Positions 36,010-45,405 of a stretch of 64,000 nucleotides of DNA are shown here, one piece after another. Made by a program: the position numbers and the translations under genes. This DNA comes from Neoechinorhynchus agilis. Its lineage: Eukaryota > Animalia > Acanthocephala. Below the pieces are notes generated by a model. That model had not been told where the DNA came from. It saw only the letters and a list, made by a program, of their open reading frames with translations, and did not search any database. The stretch lies in the NCBI GenBank assembly GCA_051530055.1, contig CM121341.1:310001-374000 (forward strand), given 5' to 3'. Position 1 is the stretch's first letter. Each line of letters opens with the position of its first letter.

Positions 36010-38535
36010 ACATAAACACGTTTTATTTAAGAAAAGCACAATCCACACACTTGCCAGCATCTATCTTTGCTGAAGGCGCCTGGATGTCGGATGTTGGGGC
36101 AAGAGAGGTGGGACTTGTCTTTGAAGGAGTTTTAATGTGCGATCGGAAGTTTAGTACAGGAGATGATCGTTTCAGAGTCTTTCATTGTTCTCCGATTATT
36201 AAGGAAAGATTGGGCTTGGAGGAGAAAAGATTTTTGGTAGAGAGTGGTACGAGCGAGGGGGATGAAAAAGGTTTGGGTTACGGGTGTTTACGAGGAAAGA
36301 GTATTTAGAGATAAGGGAAGAAAATTGTGGAGGGCGTCGAAGAAGACGAAGGGCGTTTTTGGAGAAAATCGAGTGGAGGTGGGCGTCGAGGGGAGGGAGT
36401 GAAGTCCGGCAAATTCTCGCCGCTCTCCTGTGGTAGGTTTCGAGGGAATGGAGAGCATTGACGGAAAGGGCGAGGAAAGTTGGGAAACCGTATGTAAGGA
36501 TAGGAGGGATGGCAGAAAGATAAAAGTGGGCAAGGTGTTTAGGGGATACGCCACGACGGCCTTAGAGAGTGTAAATGAAATGTGCTCATCCCATTTAAGG
36601 TTCTCTTGTAAAATCAGGCCCAGTATTCGGAGAGAAGAGGAGCGTTGGATGGGGGAGTGAGAGGCGCGGGGATAAGATTGCGTTTGGAAATGTGGTGGAC
36701 AAGCTCAAAAGATTTGGATAAGTTTAAGGAGAGGTTTAGGGTGGAGAGCGAGGAAATGAGATGGTTGAGCTCGTCGATGGTTGTGGAGAGAAAGAGAGGG
36801 AGATGCGATGGTAATGACTGTGAGGTCATCGGTATAGAGAAAATATTTGGTAGGGGGAGATAGGGGATGAAGGTCATGTAGAAAAATGTCAAAGACGAGA
36901 GGGGAAAGTACGGCGCATTGGGGCACCCCTTCAAATATGGGTAGAGAAGAGGAGCAAGAAGTTCCACATTGAATATATTGTTTGCGGTTGGAGAGGAAAC
37001 AGGAATTCCAAGCGAGTTGCCAGGTTGGGAAGCACATGCTTGGAAGAGAAGGGAGTGATCTACCGACTCAAACGCCCTGGAAATATCTAGTTGCACGAGA
37101 CGGACTGTTGATGCTGGACTGGAATCTTAGCTGCGCACAAGCGTATCGTAGATGCAGAGGAGGGCATCAGAACAAGAGTAATTGGGACGGAAAGCGAATT
37201 GGGAAGGGGAGATGTTTTTGAGGAATAAATGAAGTAGGCGGGTTTTAAAACATTTTTCTAAGATTTTAGAGAAAGGTGAGAGGATAGAGATAGATCGAAA
37301 GGATGTGGGGGAAATCGGTTTATCGTTTTTGGTTGGTGGGACGACACGGGCTTCCTTAAGAGATGATTGGAAAGAGCCCAGTAGAAAGCTATGGTTCGTT
37401 ATGTGCGTTAGAGGATCTATAAGTTCCGGGATGATGAAACGAATGGCCCAATATGGGATAGTCGAATTACTGGAAAATTAGCGGGCAGGCGTTTAACGAT
37501 CTCTAGCATTTCGACAGGGCTTAACTAAGAAAGGGCATTTATGAATGGGCGGGTCAGAAATTGAGAAAGGAGGTTGGGATAATGCATTGGAGGTTTCGGT
37601 AGGACAGAGGCTTTTATTCATGGAGTTAGGGATTGAGAGGATATCGGATTTGGGGAGAGATGCGCGGACGGTGCATCTACCAAGACCAGTGACATTTTTT
37701 ATTTCACGCCACCAGTTTCGATTGGGAACGGTCGAGAGACGAGATGAGAGGAATAATTTGTGGGCTATACGGATGCGTTTTGTCTTTGTGGAGTGGAGGG
37801 GTAAGCAGGATTAAATGACCGGAAAGCTTTGGTGACCTGCATTTGAGGGTTTTTTTAGAAAAGGCGAGAACCATGGAGGGTCGCGGTTCGAGATTCGTAT
37901 TGTTTTGCGGGGAAAGGAGGCCTTAATCGCAGATTCTATTAGAATTAACAAAGAGCCCATTGCAATCGAGAGGTCGGTGCAAACGATCGTAGAGCGGTTT
38001 TGCGTTATAAGAAAATTGACACGTACAGCAAAGGATTGGATATGATGATCACGTTTATCCCAGACAACGCCGGGGTCGGAAAAGGAACCCTTTTCTGAAG
38101 TGATGAGGGGGAGAGAAGGATGGAACAATGGTCAGATGAGGCGATCGGGGGGAGTTTGGTAGTGCACGAGTATTGCCTGATGTTTGAGAGAATTTTATCA
38201 AGGCGGGGGGCGCTTTGGGCTCGGCATTGTTTGCAAGTGTTTATGACTTTAGGTCCTGCGACGACGTTGATACTAACAGATTTGATTGCAATTGTTTACG
38301 ACGTTAGATCTTGTTACGGCGTTGATCGTCTGACAAGGAAAGTATTCGATGATGTGTGACGACGACGAGAGAGAGAACGTTGACGAGAGAACGAACGTTG
38401 AACGTTGACGATTGGCGAGAGAGAGAGAACGTTGAACGTTGACGATTGAGAGAACGATGATGATTGACGAGAGAGAACGTTGTCGAGAGAGAGAACGTTG
38501 AACGAGAGAGAGAACATTGACGAGAGAGAGAACGA
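36010..38535 (-). mobile_element. CR1/L2-like LINE nested in R2 copy E
   Basis: QLDISRAFESVDH, GVPQCAVLSPLVF..YTDDL, PRKTIRISNRDPPWF; CGTTCTCTCTC-repeat 5'UTR at 38360-38535 resembling 31730-31820. Confidence 0.82.
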
Positions 38536-39145
38536 TAGAGTGCATTTTTTCTATTGACCTTCACTACAAGACATGCTCCAGAAAAAATCCGTGAAAGGCA
38601 ACAGCTCTATATGTTGAGGAGACAATCGTAAAGGTGGCCCCTTTAGCAGGAGAAATCGGCTGGGTCATTGCAAACATAGAGCCAGAGGGACCCGTGGTAT
38701 GCCCAGAATGTTACGCCACATTCCACGGGAGTAATCGAACAAAAGTTGTGAAGGACCACCTTATGTACGAACATGGAACAACCTCCGAGTTGTTTCAATG
38801 CCCGGCGTGTTCGGCATACAAGGCAGAAAATTATGCATCAGTGCGTAGCTACATGAACGCCTGCAAGCGGCGGGGAGAAATGGCTTTATCCACGTCTAAA
38901 AACGAAGGAAATGAAAGAAAGGAAAGAAATGAAATAAAGTATTCGTAAGCCGAGCAATCTGTCATCGAGCTGGTTAGCGAGGAGGAATGCGAACCTCCAG
39001 AGTTCCCAACAGAAAAAAGCCCATATTCTGTCCGTTCACTTACCCTTGTAGGAAGCATGGAAGCGCAAGGCCACTTCTTGCCAGAAAATCGTACGCCACA
39101 GTCGAGACGTTGGTGTGAAGGGTGCACCACAATGGCAGACTGTTC

Positions 39146-39296
39146 TGTGACAGGTACTGATGTGGTTGCCATGACGCAACCAATCAATGTTACACACACA
39201 TTGGATAACGGTGTGTTTGGTTGTGTTTGGGCGGGGGTGTGCTGTGTGCAATAAAAAGGTCGTAGATAGTTTGCAGGCATGTCACGAGACGTTACA
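39146..39296 (+). repeat. 5' LTR
   Basis: Differs from 41729-41878 by two substitutions and one indel. Confidence 0.95.
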
Positions 39297-41728
39297 TCTG
39301 GCGACGAGGGTGGGATACCCTTGTTTGTCCAACTCATGCAGCAACAAACGATATTGATGGAAAATATACAAAAGCGCTCCGACGAGTTCATGAAAATAAT
39401 TCGCACGAAATTCGACGGTCAGGCGGCGCTTAGCAGAGAAGCAGACGGAAAATCGAGATCTGGAATATCGATTGTTCCTTTCAGGAGTTTTGAGAAAGGA
39501 GAAGAAAGCTGGACCAATTACCACAAAGAACTAAAGGCCTATTTCTGCTCGGTTGCCGTTTCGGACGAAGAACAAAAAAAGTCACGTATGCTCTCATGGG
39601 TGGGCCCGAGTAGCTTTGATATTATCTCGAAAGCGACACCAACAAGTGTGGAAGAGTTGTCGTACGACGAGGTCGTGAACACATTGGACACTCACAATAG
39701 TGACAAAGTCCACGTGATAACAGCACGATTTCGATTCGTGAACACACGGAGCAGCCAATGGTTGCAATTTTCATGAAAAGGAAATCACCTATGATTCTCA
39801 GGCAATAAAGGAACGGATTCGAGACATGGTCGCAATGTATTCTCCGGACGCGTTTGTGCGTAGAACTGGTCTCTCGGATGGAAATATTGATCTGGACAAA
39901 CTTCTGAGTATAGCTTACAACTTTGAAGAAATGAACGTGGCTCCGACTTTACATATCGAAGCGCCCATCACGAATGTTTGAGAGGAAACGATGGAGAAGG
40001 CGAGCGATACCGTGTCCTGAAAACGAAAAAGCGATTCGTTGCCTTCTCGCCGGATTCCATTTTCACTTCAACCGGCAGTGAAAGCGCAGTTAGAAGAATT
40101 GTGTGATACCGGTGTGTTGGTGAAGGTGGACACAAACGATGATGGAATCGATTGGGCTACCCCGATGGTGATCGTAAGGAAGCCTGCCGGGAAACTGTGA
40201 ATTTGCGCAGATTTCAAGGTTACTATCAATCGATACTTGAGCCCAGAATCGTATCAGATGCCCAGTATCGAAGATATGCTGAATAATATTTCGAACGGTA
40301 AGATATTTTCTAAGCTAGACCTAACAAACGCTTACCTGCAAATCCCAGTAAGTCAATCCTATCAACACTTATTAACAATATCGACGCCGTGGGGATATTT
40401 CCGATACATCAGGTTACCATTCGGCATCTCCAACGCTCCAGCGATTTTTCAGAGTTACATCGATTCCACAATCAAGGACATTAACGGAATCCATGCATAC
40501 ATAGATGACCTGATAATCGTTTCGGATACCGAAGAAGACCATATAAAAAGCTTGAGGCGATTGTTGGAGAGATTTCGTGAAGTTGGACTTACAGTTTCTA
40601 AACAAAAATGCTCGTTTTATACAGATAAGATAGAGTACCTGGGCTTCGTTATAAAGGAAAATTCTATCCGACCATACGAAGAGCGGAAACGAGCCATAAG
40701 AGATGCTCCACGACCAACTACAAAACACAATCTTATATCATGGCACGGGTTGGCAACATACCACTCACGATTTACGCCGCATCTTCAGGACATCTGTAAG
40801 CCTTTACATTATCTAACACGGAAATAGAAGCGATTTGTGTGGACAGAAAAAGAGGAAGATGCGATCCGTAAAGCCAAAGAGATCCTATCAATACCGCAGA
40901 CGCTAGTTCCATATTCACAAGCCAAAGCCCTCGTTTCACCGAAGCAAATTGTTAGCGACAACGGTCCATAATTTATAGCTCCTGCCTTTCGGAAGTTCTG
41001 CATGGACGAATGCATAACACACATCAAGGCAAGTCCGTACCACCGGCAGACAAACGGTTTGGCAAAAAGATTCGTCCAAACATTAAAGGACCGAGTACTG
41101 AAAAGAGGACCGGACCATAGGAATACCAATCTCTGGCGATTCCTGGAAGTCAACCGCAATACACCGCATTCGACCACCGGTAAAAGTCCCTCAGAAGCTA
41201 TAATTCGTCGACGAATACCGACAATTTTCGATATTGGAGGCATGGTCTAAAAAAGTTGGCACGAAGATAGGTCGGACAAATCCAAGGCGCACCACGATCA
41301 AGCTTCCGCGAAGGAAACAAGTTTTGGCATAGGAGTTCCCGTATGGTGAAGGAATATGCAAACTGGAAAATATCAGGAGGCGACAATCGCAAAACGAAAT
41401 GGTCCACTATCCTATGAAGTGGACACCCATATGGGAACGCGTCGAACACATGCAAACAAGATAAGAAAGCGGGAAGAGGCAATCGTAAAGACCGAGCCGA
41501 GAAACCAAGTAGAAAGAACTGCTGAAGAGAAGCATTCGGGGCAAGAAGCAGGGCCAGACGAGAATGAAGAAAGCAAAGAAGCAATCGCCGTAAAAGTAGA
41601 ACAGTAAATTGATGATCAGGAAGTTGAAGCATCTCAAGAATCCAAAGCGCCGATTCTGCGCAGAAGTGTAGGGACGAGAAAACGCCCCACCCTACCGTAT
41701 GATGTCTATTTGCGGAGGGGGTAGAGAA

Positions 41729-41878
41729 TGTGACAGGTACTGATGTGGTTGCCATGACGCAACCAATCGATGTTACACACACATTGGATAACGGTGTGTT
41801 GGTTGTGTTTGGGCGGAGGTGTGCTGTGTGCAATAAAAAGGTCGTAGATAGTTTGCAGGCATGTCACGAGACGTTACA
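41729..41878 (+). repeat. 3' LTR
   Basis: Follows the PPT and is followed by the TSD. Confidence 0.95.
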
Positions 41879-42295
41879 TGTTCAATCGAGTCTACTGTTT
41901 TTACAGTGGTCGAGGCGTATGAAAGCGTTGAAGATGTTCTAAACAAGAGTAACCTCCATCCAAGATACAGAGGTTTTCTTGAGACGGAGCGAGATATCCT
42001 CCGTAAATCGTTAGGTCCCATTAATGGTGAATTTGTCGATGCGGCGGCTATGCGATATGCTCAGTACTTGCGATGTGGTCGGAGTAACGAAGTGCCTCGA
42101 GTCTCTAACGCGAGAGAAGTAGGGCTTAAGATCATTAAACTGAGGAAAGGCCCGACTCAGGCTCTCTCCGCTATTGCCTACCACGTACTGGGTAATCCTT
42201 CATTGTGGAAGAAGGTAGCTACGAAAGTAACAATGGAGGTTCAAAACAACAAGGAATAATATGCGCAAGTTGCACAGAACGTCTCTGACGCCAAT

Positions 42296-43891
42296 GTGCC
42301 TCTGGAAGTCCACCTTGGAGGTCTTCTAAAGAATAGTGTAGTATCTCCTTTGTTTGTTTTGTTCGCTGCTGCCGCAGCATACTCAAGTGATTTCTCGGTC
42401 CATTCGCCTTTCGAACGACAAGTGCGTCGAATCTTTTGTCCCGGAATTGGAACACACGCTTACAACGTGTGGATCGACGAATCCGGCATCTATCCATGTG
42501 TTAGATGTCGCGGTATTACGAGATACCAAGACCGTGAGCTTAAGAAGAGACGAAATCGTGCCCTGTATTTTGCCAACACCTCGAAGCTTGCAGCTGAGGT
42601 GTTTAAAAATGCAGAGAGGAGAGAATGTCATCTGAATCCGAAAGAAACAGTTGAACATTATCGTCGTTTATTTGAAGGAAACGTCCAACCTGCGAGTCTG
42701 CCAAAAAGTACTGTTGCAAATGAACAGCAGTCTCCAGAGGAACGTTGGCCGGTCATCACAACGGTGGAAGCCGAAGATGCCCTCAAAAGCATCAAGCCTT
42801 CAAGCGCATCGGGTCCGGATAAGATAACGGTTCGAGATGTTCGAGCCTTCGATCCGTTACTTCTGGGTATGACGTTGCTCTTTAACTTCGTCATGCAACA
42901 CGGAGGGCCGCCACAATTGTGGAATGAGTCCAAAACTATCTTGTTGCCCAAATCAAGCGCGTCACCGGAGAAGCTGCAAACTCAGGGCGGTTGGAGACCG
43001 ATTACGATCTCCTCCATTTTGATGCGTGTCTTGCACCGCATCATTCTAAAGCGGCTTCGAAGAGTATGCTTTCTGGACGCTGGACAAACGGCGTTTGACC
43101 CGTCGGCCTGTATGGCTAACCTACTCACTCTTCGGAGTGTTGTTAGAGAAAAGCGGGCAAACAGGAAACCTCTTGCAGTAGCTGTGCTCGACATAAAGAG
43201 TGCCTTCGACACTGTTTCACATGCTGCAATAGAGGAGTCACTTCGTAAAATAGGGTGTCCTCACTATCTGCAAAGATACGTGATGAGCTCTTACTGCGAC
43301 AGCAGTACGAAGATCCGTATGCCCAACGCCAGACCGTCAGACCCTATTAGCTTCCGGAGAGGAGTAAAGCAAGGGGATCCCCTCTCCCCCCTGCTATTCG
43401 CGCTGTGTGTAGACGAGGCACTGCAGGAAGTTCGAAGACTTGATTTAGGTGTTCAGCTTAAAGGGAACGTTCGTCTGTCGCATCTTGTATACGCAGATGA
43501 CGTTCTCCTGATGGCTGATAACTACGATAATCTACAAAAAATGATTGACACACTGCGGGGCAAGCTCAGAGAGAAGGACCTTATACTGAGTGCAGAAAAG
43601 TGTCAGACATATAGGCATGCCTATAGGTGCAACAAAATGATTATCGATAGAGAATCGTCGGTAGAGATCGAAGGGGTGTTGCTGACAGCAATTAAGGAAG
43701 GGGACCCGGTGAAATACCTAGGTGGTACTCCCTGGAAAGAGACCACTCTAGATGAAGGACTGGCGTTGTTAGGCACCCTATTTGAAGCGACAAAACGGGT
43801 ACAACTCTCACCGACTCAGGCCGCCCACCTGCTGAACGACTATGCAGTGCCATCCCTGGTGGCTAGACTCGAAGCCTCCTGGGACATATAG
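42296..43891 (+). pseudogene. R2 copy E reverse transcriptase; reading frame broken by stops at ~42257 and 43889
   Basis: SGPDKI, WRPITISSILMRVLHRI, LDIKSAFDTVSH, GVKQGDPLSPLLF, YADD, KYLG. Confidence 0.92.
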
Positions 43892-43948
43892 TCTACCAAT
43901 CTTAGGCGTATCGACGAGCAGTGGAGGTCAAAGCTGAAGAAGCTCCTT

Positions 43949-44947
43949 ATGCTGCCAAGGAATCTCAGCGAAGGTGCATTCAATCTACCGCTTTCAAAAG
44001 GTGGACTAGGGTTCCGATCTCTTGTCCACGAAGTAGAAACTACGAGGCTCCGAGCCGTGAGAGCGGTCATTGACAAGTTTGGCTGCGCCATTGACCTTCA
44101 CAAAGAGATCGGCCAATTAACGGACTACTTCGGCAAAATGGGTGATAAGCGTGAGCTGCATCAAATCTCTCCAAAGAAAGCCTTTATTGACCATCGCATA
44201 AAAACATGGAGAGAGGCGATAACGCAATCGCAAGGGTTTGAATGTTTCACGAATGGTTTGGTGGATCGCAGTCTGATAAAGTTTCGTTATCGCCAAGACC
44301 GTCACCATTCGTACGTGGAGCATGTTAAACTAAGATTCCAATTGCTGGAGGTCGGTTCTGTTTTGAGCCGAATGGACCATCAGCGCGGTAGAGCATGTAG
44401 GCATTGTACTGCACCGGTTGAATCATGTGCTCACGTACTCAATGGATGTGATTACACTTCTTCCGCAATGACCCGACGCCATGACAAGGTGCAGTCGCGC
44501 CTTGTGTGGACGTTAGCGAAGAGACCTGGAGCGCATTATGAGTGTAGGGAACAGAACCGATTTCATAACGAAAAAGGTGACTTGTTCAAACCCGACCTCA
44601 TTTTGAGCGACAGGAACTCAGGGAAGGTGTATATTGCGGACGTTGCAGTCTACTACGAGACAGGTGAAGACCGCGCGGAAGCCGTCATGAAGGGTAAAGA
44701 GGATAAATACGCATCCATTGTTCCGATAGTTGCGAGAGAACTGAATGTACATGAGCATAAAGTCTCCACTATCGGTCTTGCAGTGGGATCGCGTGGTACT
44801 TATAGCAACTCTTTACTTCGCCGCCTGAAGCTTCTCTCAATAGGTCAGCGAACAGCGCTGAACATGGCTAGAACTGCTGCCGAGCAATCCCTTATGGTTT
44901 TCCATGTTTTTTCGGGCAGACGGTGGTGCCAGAGGCAACAGCTCTGA
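43949..44947 (+). CDS. R2 copy E C-terminal zinc knuckle and restriction-like endonuclease
   Basis: LPLSKGGLG, CRHC..ESCAHVLNGC, RHD, KPDLI..D, K..KY. Confidence 0.92.
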   Translation: MLPRNLSEGAFNLPLSKGGLGFRSLVHEVETTRLRAVRAVIDKFGCAIDLHKEIGQLTDYFGKMGDKRELHQISPKKAFIDHRIKTWREAITQSQGFECFTNGLVDRSLIKFRYRQDRHHSYVEHVKLRFQLLEVGSVLSRMDHQRGRACRHCTAPVESCAHVLNGCDYTSSAMTRRHDKVQSRLVWTLAKRPGAHYECREQNRFHNEKGDLFKPDLILSDRNSGKVYIADVAVYYETGEDRAEAVMKGKEDKYASIVPIVARELNVHEHKVSTIGLAVGSRGTYSNSLLRRLKLLSIGQRTALNMARTAAEQSLMVFHVFSGRRWCQRQQL

Positions 44948-45177
44948 AAACGTGGAGACTGTATGGATAGTTGCTTCCAGTGGAACTGCAACAATGAAGG
45001 GTTCCAAAACGAATAAATGGACAACAGCTAAAACAATTGAAAGGAAAACAACAGAAGGGCACCTTTAATAAAAAGAGGGGTGTATCGACACTTGAAGAAG
45101 TGAAGAAAAAGGAAAGACTTATCGTGAAATTAAGTAACATTATATTGTAACTGTTATTTGCGTAATAAATACGTCTC

Positions 45178-45209
<32 letters not shown>

Positions 45210-45322
45210 TGCATGAATGGATTATTGAGATTCCTACTGTCCCTGTCTGCAGCCTAGCGAAACCACAGTCAAGGGAACGGGCTTGGAGAGTAACAGCGGG
45301 GAAAGAAGACCCTGTTGAGCTT
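45178..45322 (+). rRNA. 28S: 28S segment, +1 to +145 downstream of the R2 site
   Basis: TAGCCAAATGCCTCGTCATCTAATTAGTGACGTGCATGAATGG...GGGGAAAGAAGACCCTGTTGAGCTT. Confidence 0.95.
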
Positions 45323-45405
45323 AGCCTTTTGCATCAACAGCTGCTATAACCACTACAACAACAATAATATACAATGTCGATCCAGATGGGGCCCTTAAGT
45401 GTTCT

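Larger units (their letters stand above)
39146..41878 (+). mobile_element. Ty3/gypsy element with both LTRs, internally deleted, nested in R2 copy E
   Basis: LTRs 39146-39296 and 41729-41878 (TGTGAC...GTTACA); PBS TGGCGACGAG; PPT GGAGGGGGTAGAGAA; 5-bp TSD TGTTC (39141-39145, 41879-41883); gag, RT (SKLDLTNAYLQ, YIDD) and partial integrase. Confidence 0.95.
35779..45177 (+). mobile_element. Full-length R2 retrotransposon (copy E, ~4.1 kb once nested insertions are removed) at the canonical 28S R2 site
   Basis: 5' junction after 28S TAGCCAAA and 3' junction before TAGCCAAATGCC (45178); zinc finger 2 is split by a LINE (WMCGI at ~36000, DLHYKTC at ~38555); the linker is split by a gypsy element with TSD; RT and endonuclease at 42296-44947. 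Confidence 0.85.

Noticed and set aside
38273-38564. Ser/Leu/Val-rich ORFs and GA-rich tandem repeats as a separate feature
   Set aside because: They are the repetitive 5'UTR of the antisense CR1/L2-like LINE; a similar tract is at 31730-31820
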